A stretch of 64,000 nt of DNA, taken from NCBI GenBank assembly GCA_036644375.1, contig JAVXQD010000002.1, positions 13,897 to 77,896 of the forward strand, given 5' to 3'. The translations under genes and the position numbers were made by a program. This DNA comes from Oscillospiraceae bacterium. Lineage in GTDB: Bacteria > Bacillota > Clostridia > Oscillospirales > Ruminococcaceae. Below, in pieces: positions 29,211-39,151 of this stretch. Under the pieces are notes generated by a model. That model saw nothing but the letters and a program-made list of their open reading frames with translations. It had not been told where the DNA came from and made no database searches. Numbering within the stretch: position 1 is the stretch's first letter; each line of letters begins with the position of its first letter.

Positions 29211-30206
29211 TTACATTTCGAGTGTCGCATATGCATTCTGTGTCAGCGGCGCGGTTTCCCCCGGTTCATATTCAAAAAAGCCCGCACCTGCAATCATGGC
29301 GGCATTATCGCCGCACAGCTTGTTGTCGGGATAATACAGCTTCACTCCGCGCTCGTCGCACATGCGCTGCGCCGTCTCGCGCAAAAGCCCGTTGATTGAC
29401 ACGCCGCCGCAGATTGCCGCGGGCAGATTTCTCTCGGCTGCAGCCCCGACCAGTCTCTCACTCAGCATTCCGATGACTCGATGCTCAAATGACGCCGCAA
29501 GGTCGGGCTTGTTCAGCTCTATCCCCTTCATTCCGGCTGTATTCACAATATTTATGACCGCGGTTTTCAGCCCGGAGAAGCTCACGTCATATTTTCCCTC
29601 GGTGTGGGGCACGGGCAGCTTGTATGCATTCGGGTCACCGCCCTTTGCGAGTCTTGAAATTTCGGGTCCGCCCGGATATGGCAGACCCAGCGTGCGCGCA
29701 ACCTTGTCAAACGCCTCACCGGCGGCATCGTCAACCGCATGACCTATAATTTTGAATTTTCTGTATCCGCCGACCTCGACAAGCTGACTGTGACCGCCCG
29801 AAACCACAAGAGCGACAAACGGAGGCTCAAGCTCGGTGTGGGTGAGGTACAGCGACGCGATGTGTCCGTGAAGATGATGCACGGCGATGAGCGGCTTTTT
29901 CGCAGCGTAGCTCAAGCCCTTAGCAAAGCTGAGCCCTGCAAGCAGCGCACCGATAAGACCCGGCGCATAGGTCGCGGCTATGGCGTCGACGTCACACAGC
30001 TCAACCCCCGCATCCGCGAGAGCCTTTTCGCACACGGGCACGATATTTTCGATGTGTCTGCGCGAGGCAATTTCGGGCACAACCCCGCCGTAAAGCCTGT
30101 GCTCCGCGATTTGTGTGGATATCGCGGACGATAAAATTTCGCGCCCGTCACGGACAACCGCAGCTGCGGTCTCGTCACACGAGCTCTCTATACCAAGAAT
30201 AAGCAT
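29211..30206 (-). CDS. tsaD: tRNA N6-adenosine threonylcarbamoyltransferase
   Basis: MLILGIESSCDETAAAVV...; HH motif (AVHHLHGH). The ORF track starts at TTG 30221, but ATG 30206 has GGGGAGAG just upstream. Confidence 0.94.
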   Translation of the reverse strand: MLILGIESSCDETAAAVVRDGREILSSAISTQIAEHRLYGGVVPEIASRRHIENIVPVCEKALADAGVELCDVDAIAATYAPGLIGALLAGLSFAKGLSYAAKKPLIAVHHLHGHIASLYLTHTELEPPFVALVVSGGHSQLVEVGGYRKFKIIGHAVDDAAGEAFDKVARTLGLPYPGGPEISRLAKGGDPNAYKLPVPHTEGKYDVSFSGLKTAVINIVNTAGMKGIELNKPDLAASFEHRVIGMLSERLVGAAAERNLPAAICGGVSINGLLRETAQRMCDERGVKLYYPDNKLCGDNAAMIAGAGFFEYEPGETAPLTQNAYATLEM

Positions 30207-30217
30207 GTCTCTCCCCG

Positions 30218-30706
30218 TCAATCAACAAAAATTTCCTTTGCCTTTGCGGCAATGCGCTCACCGAATATCTCAAACATCGCCTTGCTGCTCTCGAAATTCT
30301 CCTTGAGCGCAACCGCGCCGAGATGAATAAAAGGCTGACCGCTTGCGGAGCCGCCCGAATAAACCAGCATTCCCTTGACGAGCATACGGCTGATAATATT
30401 CTGAATTGCGATATCCGCTCCGCCCTGGGCATAGTCCGCCGTCGCAAACGCAGCGCCTATCTTTCCGCCGAGCTTGCAGTTGTGTGACTCATCGAACCAC
30501 CTGTCAAGCTGCCAGCAGGTATTGGCGTAATATGTAGGTGTTCCGAGCACGACTGCTCGGCTCTCATTCAGGAATTCATAGTCGATGTTGTCAAAATCGA
30601 ATATTCCGACTTCAATGTTGCCCTGCTTTTGCATTCCGCCCGCAATCACCTGTGCCATTTCGCGGGTCTTTCCGCTTTTGCTGTAATAGAGAATTGTGAT
30701 TTTCAT
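30218..30706 (-). CDS. Flavodoxin-like fold protein (NAD(P)H-dependent oxidoreductase / flavodoxin family)
   Basis: MKITILYYSKSGKTREMAQVIAGG... is the flavodoxin-like FMN-binding N-terminus; 162 aa. Confidence 0.75.
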   Translation of the reverse strand: MKITILYYSKSGKTREMAQVIAGGMQKQGNIEVGIFDFDNIDYEFLNESRAVVLGTPTYYANTCWQLDRWFDESHNCKLGGKIGAAFATADYAQGGADIAIQNIISRMLVKGMLVYSGGSASGQPFIHLGAVALKENFESSKAMFEIFGERIAAKAKEIFVD

Positions 30707-30826
30707 AAGTAGTCCTTCCTGTCAAATGGTTTTTATTCGATGCTGCCGTTTGGCGGCATTGTATTTTTAGGGCCGTGTCCGCCGCTTATATTTGCAAATC
30801 ATATTGCGGCTGTCTTTTTCGGCTGT

Positions 30827-31276
30827 TTATCGTGCGCTGAAATAAATCAGCATATTAATTGCGTCGTCATCGGGATTTCGATAGAAGTCTCTGCGCAAAC
30901 CCGCCCGCTCAAATCCGCACTTTTCATACAGCTTTACCGCCGGCTCGTTTTTGCTGCGAACCTCAAGCGACAGCACTGCGCAGCCGAGACTTTTGCAAAG
31001 CCCTATCGCGTGGTGTACCAGCGAGTGTGCCGCGCCCTCTCGGCGATGGGTCGGCTCAATGCAGATTTCGTTGATGTGCGCATCGTCGGACACGATGTGC
31101 ATGTCGCAAAATCCGATTACCTCGCCCGCGGATTCACAGCAGAACAGGTGTGCGTGAGTCGAGACGAGCTCCTCATGAAACTGCGCCTCGCTCCACGAAT
31201 TATCCGAAAATTCCTTTTCGATTAAGGCTATTTTTTGTATATCCGTTTTTGTCGCATTCCGAACCTCAAATATCAT
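30827..31276 (-). CDS. rimI: Ribosomal-protein-alanine N-acetyltransferase (GNAT)
   Basis: 149-aa GNAT with ...HRREGAAHSLVHHAI... and ...LEVRSKNEPAVKLYEKCGF...; ATGA overlap with the polA stop. Confidence 0.85.
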   Translation of the reverse strand: MIFEVRNATKTDIQKIALIEKEFSDNSWSEAQFHEELVSTHAHLFCCESAGEVIGFCDMHIVSDDAHINEICIEPTHRREGAAHSLVHHAIGLCKSLGCAVLSLEVRSKNEPAVKLYEKCGFERAGLRRDFYRNPDDDAINMLIYFSAR

Positions 31277-33822
31277 TTTGCATCATACCAGCTTTCCCCT
31301 GAATTAACCTGCGCGACAAGCGGCGCTTTAAGCTCCGCCGCCGCCTCCATCTCCTCGTGCAGCAGCGCCGCCGCCCTGTCCTTGTCCGCGTATGAGCTCT
31401 CGACAATCAGCTCATCGTGAACCTGCAAAACGAGCTGAGCATCGAGATTTTCTTTTTTAAGCCTGTCCCGCACGCGTATCATGGCAAGCTTGATGATGTC
31501 GGCTGCCGTGCCCTGTATCGGGGTGTTCATCGCGAGCCTCTTTCCCAACGCCTGAAGCATCTTGTTCGAGCTTGCAAGCTCGGGCAGAGCGCGACGCCTG
31601 CCGTAAAGGGTGGTGACATATCCGTCACTCTGTGCGCGCTTGACCGTATCCGCAAGATATGCGGCAATTCCGGAATAGGTCGCAAGATAGCTGTCGATGT
31701 ACTCCTTTGCCTCTCGCATCGAGACACCGACATCCTGCGCGAGGGAAAACGCGCCGATGCCATACACTATTCCGAAATTGACCGCCTTGGCGCGTCGGCG
31801 CAGTTCGGGTGTGACCATGGTTCTCGGAATCTTGAATATCTCACTCGCGGTCTCTGTGTGTATATCCCGTCCGTCGGTGAACGCCTCAATCATTTTCGTG
31901 TCGCCGCTCATGCTCGCAAGCACGCGCAGCTCAATCTGGGAATAGTCCGCGTCAAGCAGCACCCTCCCCTTTTCGGAAATGAAATATTTTCGGAATCGGC
32001 TTCCGAGCTCGGTTCTGACAGGTATATTCTGCAAGTTAGGCTCTCGCGAGCTTATGCGCCCGGTTCTGGTTTCGGTCTGTTTGAACTCGGTGTGTATTCT
32101 TCCCGTCACATCCACTGCCTTCATCAGCCCCTCAACGTAGGTTGAGTTCAGCTTCTGATAGGTTCTGTAGCTGAGAATATGCTCGATTATCGGATGGACT
32201 CCGACAAGCCTTTCGAGTGTCTCGGCATTTGTCGAGAATCCGCTCTTGGTCTTTTTTCCGACAGGCAGCTTGAGCGTCTCAAACAGCGCCTCGCCGAGCT
32301 GCTTCGGGGAATTGACGTTGATTTTTCTGCCGATCATCTCCCATATTATCTCCTGCTCCCGCTCGATAACCTCGCACAGCTCAATTCCGAAGCCCTTTAT
32401 TCCCCCGACATCGAGCATGAAGCCGATATGCTCCATTTCCGCGAGCACTCCCGCAAGCGGAAGCTCGATTTCGTCATGCAGTTTTTTCATTCCCTGCTCT
32501 TCAAGCAGGCCCTCGAGCTTTTTGCAAAGCGGCTCTGTCACGCCGAGATTGTCCGCCCCGCACTCAAATATCGGAACCGCGCCGTATTCGTTTTTCAGAT
32601 TTTCAAGAATATAGTTTGCGGAGGCGGGGCTTAAAAGATAAGCCGCCAGCTTGAGGTCAAACACTATGTTTTTTGCCTTGACGCCGAGATCAATCGCCCT
32701 GTGAAACAGTGTTTTTGCGTCATAGCAGTATTTTTTGACATCCGACGCGAGCAGCGTGCCGAGCGATTTTGCATCGGTGACATATGCGTGGTCGCCTGCC
32801 GAGCAATATACCTCTTCATCGAGCACGGTCACAAAAAGCTCTTTGCTTTTCGAGATAATCTCCTCATCGAGCGGCAAAAGCTCAATCTGCTTCGTTGCTT
32901 TTTCCTTGATTTCCGCTCGTTCTCCGCCGCCGCTCTCGCTTAAAGAGCGCGCCGCATCAAGCTCGAGCCTGTTTGCTATCGAGTGCATCTCGAGCTCGCC
33001 CAAAAGCCGCGCCGCGCCCTGAGGGTCGCCCGCGCGCCTGATATATGTTTTGCAGTCCGTATCAATCGGAACCTCGCAGTTTATCTCGGCGAGCGCCCTG
33101 CTCATATAGGCCGTCTCTTTATCCCTGACGAGCTTTGCGCGCACACCATCCTTTATTTCCGCACTGTCGATATTCTCATATACGCCGTCAAGGGTTCCGA
33201 ATTTTTGAATGAGACTCAGCGCTGTCTTTTCACCGACTCCCGCGACTCCGGGAATGTTATCCGAGCTGTCGCCCATAAGGGCTTTCACCTCAATGAGCCG
33301 ACGGGGCGTCACGCCGTACTTTTCAAAAACCTCGGCTTCACCCGTCTCATTGGTTTCTCCTCTGCCCATCTGAGTGGTGGTGAGCAGTACGCTCACCCCG
33401 CCGCCCACGAGCTGTAAGCTGTCGCGATCTCCCGTCGCAATGTAACAGGTATCTCCGCTTTTCCTGCACGCGTCCGCGAAGGTGCCGAGAATATCATCCG
33501 CCTCAAAGCCCTCGCAGGTCACTGTCGTGTACCCCAGCATCGCGAGCAGCTCCTTTAGCGGCTGCATCTGTCCCGCAAGCTCCTCCGGCATACCCTTGCG
33601 GTTTGCTTTATAGCCGTCGTACATTTTGTGGCGGAATGTCTTGGCGCGCAGATCAAATGCCACCGCGACCGCATCGGGACTGTACTGCTCGATGAGTTTC
33701 AAAAAGATACTCATAAAGCCGTATATCGCGTTCGTGTATCTTCCATCCTTTGTGGTCAGCAGTTTTATAGCATAAAAAGCGCGGTTCAGCACGCTGTTTC
33801 CGTCAATGCAAAGCAGTTTCAT
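31273..33822 (-). CDS. polA: DNA polymerase I
   Basis: 849 aa with an N-terminal 5'-3' exonuclease domain and polymerase motifs DYSQIELRVLA and QVHDELIVE. Confidence 0.96.
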   Translation of the reverse strand: MKLLCIDGNSVLNRAFYAIKLLTTKDGRYTNAIYGFMSIFLKLIEQYSPDAVAVAFDLRAKTFRHKMYDGYKANRKGMPEELAGQMQPLKELLAMLGYTTVTCEGFEADDILGTFADACRKSGDTCYIATGDRDSLQLVGGGVSVLLTTTQMGRGETNETGEAEVFEKYGVTPRRLIEVKALMGDSSDNIPGVAGVGEKTALSLIQKFGTLDGVYENIDSAEIKDGVRAKLVRDKETAYMSRALAEINCEVPIDTDCKTYIRRAGDPQGAARLLGELEMHSIANRLELDAARSLSESGGGERAEIKEKATKQIELLPLDEEIISKSKELFVTVLDEEVYCSAGDHAYVTDAKSLGTLLASDVKKYCYDAKTLFHRAIDLGVKAKNIVFDLKLAAYLLSPASANYILENLKNEYGAVPIFECGADNLGVTEPLCKKLEGLLEEQGMKKLHDEIELPLAGVLAEMEHIGFMLDVGGIKGFGIELCEVIEREQEIIWEMIGRKINVNSPKQLGEALFETLKLPVGKKTKSGFSTNAETLERLVGVHPIIEHILSYRTYQKLNSTYVEGLMKAVDVTGRIHTEFKQTETRTGRISSREPNLQNIPVRTELGSRFRKYFISEKGRVLLDADYSQIELRVLASMSGDTKMIEAFTDGRDIHTETASEIFKIPRTMVTPELRRRAKAVNFGIVYGIGAFSLAQDVGVSMREAKEYIDSYLATYSGIAAYLADTVKRAQSDGYVTTLYGRRRALPELASSNKMLQALGKRLAMNTPIQGTAADIIKLAMIRVRDRLKKENLDAQLVLQVHDELIVESSYADKDRAAALLHEEMEAAAELKAPLVAQVNSGESWYDAK

Positions 33823-34048
33823 ATTTTTCCTCCGAATTATAGGCCGATTTAAATTAGTATATCACAAATCCGCGCTTTTATGGTACAATATCCACACAAA
33901 GCATACCCGCTTACAGCCGGAACGTATGCTGCGGTCGGCGCCCTGTCTGCCCGCGATATCGGACCGCACATATTCTCTGTGCGGCATTGTTATTGCGTGC
34001 GGGGCTCGGCTTTCACGACTACAAACCAAACCGAAATGGAATCAATCA

Positions 34049-35014
34049 ATGAACAACAAGCAGTTTCAAATACGTCGGGCAGCCTCACTCGCCCCGATGG
34101 CGGGCGCGACGGACAGCGCCTTTCGCCTTTTGTGCCATGAGCACGGCGCGAGTTTTACGGTGAGCGAGATGGTCAGCGCAAAGGCCCTTGTCATGGGAGA
34201 CAAAAAGACCCCGCTTTTAATGGCACACAAAGCGGAGGAACGGCCTTTCGGAGTACAGCTTTTCGGATATGAGCCGCAGACAATGGCAGAGGCGGCGATT
34301 ATAGTAGAGCGCGATTTCGCGCCCGACTTCATAGATATAAATATGGGCTGCCCCACCCCGAAAATCATATCAAACGGTTCGGGCAGCGCACTCATGAACA
34401 CACCTCTTGTCGCAGCCGCGATTGTGAGGGCTGTCAATGACGCGGTCGGCATTCCGGTCACGGCGAAAATTCGCGCCGGATTTGCCGAAATTACCGCTCC
34501 TTCGCTTGCTCCTCTGCTTGAGCAGGCGGGCGCGGCGGCAATAACAGTTCATGGCAGAACACGCAGCCGCATGTACAAGCCGCCGGTGGATCTCGATGTG
34601 ATAAGGTCTGTAAAGCAGTCCGTGTCAATTCCCGTAATCGGAAACGGCGACATCTTCACACCGCAGGACGCCGTCCGAATGCTCGAGCGGACAGGCTGCG
34701 ACGCAGTTGCGGTCGGCAGACAGGCTCTCGGCAACCCGTTTTTCTTCGAGCAGGTAAACGCGATGATTTCGGGAGAGTCTCTGCCCGAAGCGCCGAGCGT
34801 CCGAACACGCATGGAGACTCTTCGCCGCCAAATTGTAATGATGTGCGAGTACAAGGGTGAATTTGTGGCGCTGCGCGAGGCGCGCAAGCACGCCGGCTGG
34901 TATACCAGAGGACTGCGCGGCGCGGCGAAAATCCGATATCGGGCAATGGAGCTGTGCACCATGAACGATCTCGACAGCTTTATCCGCCTTGTGCTTGACA
35001 TCAACCGCGATTAA
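34049..35014 (+). CDS. dusB: tRNA-dihydrouridine synthase
   Basis: Internal ATG at 34049 (MNNKQFQIRRAASLAPMAGATDSAFR...); ...INMGCP... motif. The upstream part of the ORF-track ORF overlaps the polA start. Confidence 0.9.
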   Translation: MNNKQFQIRRAASLAPMAGATDSAFRLLCHEHGASFTVSEMVSAKALVMGDKKTPLLMAHKAEERPFGVQLFGYEPQTMAEAAIIVERDFAPDFIDINMGCPTPKIISNGSGSALMNTPLVAAAIVRAVNDAVGIPVTAKIRAGFAEITAPSLAPLLEQAGAAAITVHGRTRSRMYKPPVDLDVIRSVKQSVSIPVIGNGDIFTPQDAVRMLERTGCDAVAVGRQALGNPFFFEQVNAMISGESLPEAPSVRTRMETLRRQIVMMCEYKGEFVALREARKHAGWYTRGLRGAAKIRYRAMELCTMNDLDSFIRLVLDINRD

Positions 35015-35064
35015 AGCCGCAGGCAAGCGGCTGACGTTGGGACACTCATTACTTTTCTGCGGAC

Positions 35065-35093
35065 AAAAAGCGCCGGGGCTCTCAGCGCTTTTT
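35065..35093 (+). terminator. Rho-independent terminator after dusB
   Basis: AAAAAGCGC 35065-35073 pairs with GCGCTTTTT 35085-35093. Confidence 0.65.
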
Positions 35094-35294
35094 GTTTTGA
35101 TTTATCCGTCTGGTCTTGTCTTTATCCTTGACGCATTTCGCTATATCAAACACGCCGACGGCAATCATAATTGCCCCCGCTCCGCTTAAAGCGGTGGTTA
35201 GCAGCTCAATGCCTATTTTGTTAAAGCTCGCCGCAATCAAAAGACAGAGTCCCATCAAAATCATAAGTACATTTATCAATATTGACTTTTTCAT
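35082..35294 (-). CDS. Small two-TM membrane protein
   Basis: 70 aa, hydrophobic, with an ATGA overlap with the upstream HD-domain gene. Confidence 0.5.
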   Translation of the reverse strand: MKKSILINVLMILMGLCLLIAASFNKIGIELLTTALSGAGAIMIAVGVFDIAKCVKDKDKTRRINQNKKR

Positions 35295-35887
35295 AAATTT
35301 TCTCCTTTTAAAAGTTCATCAAGAGTCATCGTGTAGCCGGGTATAAATTCCTCCATAAAATACTGAACCTCAGGCAGAATATCCTCATTTATCGCCTTTA
35401 GGGTGCTCTGCTTTGCCGAGCGGAATTCCGTGTTGCCGTTTTGCTCCTCCTCTATGCACTTGAGAAGCGCCGAAATCTTGTCCGCCGCCTTGACAATCCG
35501 CTTTTCTCTCTCGGACAGAAGCTCTCCGCTGAGCATCGGCGAAATGCATTTTTTCAGCTCGGGCGGCAGCATATCCGAAAGCCTCTTTTCCGCATCCGCC
35601 TCGACCTTTTTGTACGCGCTTTTTATGCTCTCATTCGTGTATTTGACAGGTGTAGGCATATCCCCCGTCAATATTTCGCCCGCATCGTGATACATGGCGC
35701 ACACGGCTATGCGCTCGGGATTGACATCTGCACCGAATTTTTCGTTTGCGGCGACTCCGATAATGTGAGCTGTTATCGACACGCTGAGGCAGTGCTCGGA
35801 CAGGGTCTCGTATCTTGTGTTTCGCATAAGTCCCCAGCGGTTGATATAGTTCATTCTCGACAGCATCGCCGCGAATCCGTTCGACAT
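35291..35887 (-). CDS. HD-domain 5'-deoxynucleotidase (YfbR-like)
   Basis: ATG 35887 has GAGGGGGG upstream. MSNGFAAMLSRMNYINRWGLMRNTRYETLSEHCLSV...YHDAGEILTGDMPTPVKY is typical of YfbR. Confidence 0.85.
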   Translation of the reverse strand: MSNGFAAMLSRMNYINRWGLMRNTRYETLSEHCLSVSITAHIIGVAANEKFGADVNPERIAVCAMYHDAGEILTGDMPTPVKYTNESIKSAYKKVEADAEKRLSDMLPPELKKCISPMLSGELLSEREKRIVKAADKISALLKCIEEEQNGNTEFRSAKQSTLKAINEDILPEVQYFMEEFIPGYTMTLDELLKGENL

Positions 35888-36057
35888 TTTGTCCGCCCCC
35901 CTCGTCTTTGTTTGACTGATATTATACCAAATTCGAGTGTATGCCGCAATGATTTGCATTCCGCGCACACCCGTTTTTATTGAATATTTCGCACCCGCAT
36001 GATAATATATTACTCGATTCGTTCAACTATCAAAGTCTATGGAAGTATTTTAATCAA

Positions 36058-37050
36058 ATGAATAAATACAAAAATCCCGACGGCGGAGCTCCGTCAGATG
36101 AGGCTCTGTCAAGATTAGCCCGACGCGGCAAAGCAAAAATCGCAATCATATCGATTTTCTGTGTCGCCGTTATCGGGTTTAGTTCGTTTTTGGCAATCGA
36201 CCGTTTTTTTATACCGCTCTCCAAATACCGCGCCGCCGTGAAGCAGCTCGAATCGGGTGAGACCTTGTCCGCGAGCGAGACATTTTCGGCTCTCGACGGG
36301 TTTTTAAAAAGCGAGGACTATCTCGACGAATCTTATTCCATACTCGCTTCCGGAGCTGTTGACGCCGAGGATTTTGCACTTGCCGAAGAATATTATTCAA
36401 AGACAGTCAACCGTGAGGCTCCTGCGGCAATGGAATTCCATCAAAAGGCAGAAGGGCTTGCGGACAGGTATTTCGACCTTGGATTTTACGAAAAAGCACA
36501 CGACTGCTACATGACAATCGGGCTGACCGAGGGCGCTCAGCGCTGTGTCGAGAGCTTGTATAACAGCCTCGTTGCGCTGAGCGGAGAAAATGTCTGCGGA
36601 GTTCCGTCCGGCTTTGACGCCCCCATGCTCAAAGGGTATAAGGACTCGGATAAATATGCTCTCGCGTATCGCCTTGAAGTCAGCCGGTGGGATACGGATG
36701 AGGAAATTGCGAAAAACATCTCGCTCTGCTACGAGCTGGGTGATTTTAAGGACACCGCCAAAAGCGGCTTTCTCTCACAGCGGCTCTACGGACACAAATA
36801 TTCGAATTCTGACGGCTACTATTTTATGATGAACGAGTATTACGACTGGAAATACAATATTCCGTCATACAGATTTGCGGGATATTACGGTCTCTACTCG
36901 AAATTTTCGGGCGGAACCTTCTATATCGGCTCGGATGAAAAAGAAAGCTGGACAAAGCAATTTCGTTTCGAATTTTCCGACATGGACAAAACCCTGAAAG
37001 TATACAGCTTCAGAACGGGCGGCACCTACACTCTCACAAAAGAGTATTGA
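36058..37050 (+). CDS. Membrane-anchored protein of unknown function (helical-repeat-like region)
   Basis: ATG 36058; one TM helix (IAIISIFCVAVIGFSSFLAI) followed by a soluble region. The ORF track begins at TTG 35980. Confidence 0.6.
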   Translation: MNKYKNPDGGAPSDEALSRLARRGKAKIAIISIFCVAVIGFSSFLAIDRFFIPLSKYRAAVKQLESGETLSASETFSALDGFLKSEDYLDESYSILASGAVDAEDFALAEEYYSKTVNREAPAAMEFHQKAEGLADRYFDLGFYEKAHDCYMTIGLTEGAQRCVESLYNSLVALSGENVCGVPSGFDAPMLKGYKDSDKYALAYRLEVSRWDTDEEIAKNISLCYELGDFKDTAKSGFLSQRLYGHKYSNSDGYYFMMNEYYDWKYNIPSYRFAGYYGLYSKFSGGTFYIGSDEKESWTKQFRFEFSDMDKTLKVYSFRTGGTYTLTKEY

Positions 37051-37115
37051 GCACATACCGCCCGATTAAGTGTCGGGAATTCCGCTTTTCACCGTGAAGC
37101 AGTGAGCGGAAATGC

Positions 37116-38897
37116 TCACTTTTCCGTGTCGGATTCCCCGTCATACAGTCTGCCGCTCACCTCCGGCTCAAAAACCGATTTAATGAGATAAGCGGGAAAT
37201 GCGCTGTCGAGACTTCCGGTAATTGAGTTTAAAAGCTTTGTGTCTGCCGACGACGCAAAGATGGACTTCACCCCGGCAATCACGCATTCTCTTCCCGGAT
37301 TTTCCTTCCACTTGACGGTTATTTCACTATCGCTGTCAAAATATATTTTTATGATGCGCTCGTTAGGTATTTCGAGAAATGCAATCAGCAGCTTTAAAAC
37401 CGGAATTCCGTCCTCATTTCGCACGAAATCCCCGCTCACCCCAACCTCGTATTTTTCGCCGTGAAAATCAAGCGTTACATACTCCGCCCGCTCAAATCCG
37501 ACGGGGAAGCTGTGACTCTCGTCCTCCTCAAACAATTCGACCCACAATTTATCCTCTTTTTTGCTCAGCGAGAGCATCTGCACACCCTTTGTGTAGTTGT
37601 TTTGTATTGCCTGCGTCATAAGCGGCAGCAGACCGACCGACATGCCCTCCGCTCTGTCGAGTGCAAAGCTTTTTCCGACATATGCCGCAACGAGCTCATT
37701 CGTGTCCTCGGTCAGCCCGCTCCTGCGCCAAAATGACATTTTCGGCTGCGGCTTGCTTGCGAGTTCAGACTCAAGAGCGCGGAGTTTTCTGGTCGCAAAA
37801 AAGCTTTCGTGCTTCGGCGTATCGGGCATAAGCTCGCCGAAATATTTCTCGGTCAGTGTAAAATATGCGTTTTTCTGGAACATATCGCTGTTGCCCGCAG
37901 TGGCGGCGACGATGATGCCGCTGTCGGGAAAGACAAGCACATTCTGCCCGAACATACCATTCAGAACAAACCAGTTGCGCTCCTTGCGAACCCACATCTG
38001 GTATCCGTAATCGTAATCTCCGAGACTTTCCGGGACGGAAATCTGTGCTTTCACCGCCTGCTCGCACCATTCAGCCGGAACGAGCTGTTCTCCGTTCCAG
38101 CTTCCCTTTTGCAGATACAGCTGCCCGATTTTCGCCATATCCTCGGGACGCATATAGAGACCCATTCCGCCCTTCTCGATGCCCATCGGGCATTTTTCCC
38201 AATAAAAGTCGGCAATTCCCATCTTTGAAAGCACTCGCTCACCCAGAAACTCACTCAAACCCTGTCCGCTTATCTGCTTGACGATTGCGCTGAGAATATA
38301 GGTGTTCATGCTGTTGTATGAAAACTGCGTTCCCGACTCAAACCGCGACCCCGACTCGAAAAACGAGCGGACCCAATCAAGCTCTGTCACCGTACCGACC
38401 TCATTGAACACAACTCCGGATGACATGGTCAAAAGCTGGCGCACTGTTATAAGCCGTGTGCGCGGCATCCCGAGCATCATTGAGCTGCGCGCGAAAAACT
38501 TGGACGCCTTGTCGTCGAGCGAGAGCTTGCCCTCGCCCACAAGAATTCCGATTGCAAGTCCTGTGACGCTTTTGCAGTAGGAGTGTGAAATGTGCCACAC
38601 GTCTGAGCGGTAAGGAAACGGAGAGGTCTGTGAGATGATTTTCCCGTTTCGCATGATGGTGAGCGTGTGTATGCGGCTTTTCGGGCAGCGCAGCAGCTCA
38701 TTCAAATATTCGCCGATATACCCGCTGTCAATGCCCTGCGACTCGGGCGTAGCTCTGTCGAGTGGCTGTGACGAATGTCCGCCGCCCGCAACCGCTGTTT
38801 TTTGAGGATTGGCCGCTATTATCGGTGTCGTGCTTACCGACCTGTCCATAATTGATTTTACCAGCTTCAGCGCGTTTGACTGCATAATCAAATCCAT
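37116..38897 (-). CDS. Serine hydrolase, class C beta-lactamase/PBP4*-like fold, cytoplasmic, with an extra C-terminal domain
   Basis: SxxK motif (SYCK in ...HISHSYCKSVTGLAIG...). Strong GGAGGAGG SD. No signal peptide. Confidence 0.75.
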   Translation of the reverse strand: MDLIMQSNALKLVKSIMDRSVSTTPIIAANPQKTAVAGGGHSSQPLDRATPESQGIDSGYIGEYLNELLRCPKSRIHTLTIMRNGKIISQTSPFPYRSDVWHISHSYCKSVTGLAIGILVGEGKLSLDDKASKFFARSSMMLGMPRTRLITVRQLLTMSSGVVFNEVGTVTELDWVRSFFESGSRFESGTQFSYNSMNTYILSAIVKQISGQGLSEFLGERVLSKMGIADFYWEKCPMGIEKGGMGLYMRPEDMAKIGQLYLQKGSWNGEQLVPAEWCEQAVKAQISVPESLGDYDYGYQMWVRKERNWFVLNGMFGQNVLVFPDSGIIVAATAGNSDMFQKNAYFTLTEKYFGELMPDTPKHESFFATRKLRALESELASKPQPKMSFWRRSGLTEDTNELVAAYVGKSFALDRAEGMSVGLLPLMTQAIQNNYTKGVQMLSLSKKEDKLWVELFEEDESHSFPVGFERAEYVTLDFHGEKYEVGVSGDFVRNEDGIPVLKLLIAFLEIPNERIIKIYFDSDSEITVKWKENPGRECVIAGVKSIFASSADTKLLNSITGSLDSAFPAYLIKSVFEPEVSGRLYDGESDTEK

Positions 38898-38940
38898 ATG
38901 TCTTCCTCCTCCGAGCGTATCGGGCTTTAAGCTTTGTTTA

Positions 38941-38967
38941 CAGATAATATTATCACATTATTATCTG
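38941..38967. promoter_or_regulatory. 9-bp-arm inverted repeat overlapping a putative extended -10 of the serine hydrolase gene
   Basis: CAGATAATA 38941-38949 pairs with TATTATCTG 38959-38967. The minus strand reads TGTGATAAT across the loop. Confidence 0.45.
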
Positions 38968-39019
38968 AAATAAAACACACTCCTGTTAAGGCAGCCTCGG
39001 TTTGAAAAATATTGCACAA

Positions 39020-39067
39020 AAAATCCACTTTGAAATGGCTTGCGAAATCATTTTCAAAGTGGATTTT
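39020..39067 (-). terminator. Rho-independent terminator after the NYN-domain gene
   Basis: AAAATCCACTTTGAAA pairs with TTTCAAAGTGGATTTT in a 16-bp stem, followed by a T run. Confidence 0.85.
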
Positions 39068-39151
39068 CTTGTTTTTAAGGGTTCCTGCCGAGCATTTCAC
39101 TGTTTGAAAATGCTGCTGCATCAGTCACCTGTTGATTATATCCGAAAGCTG

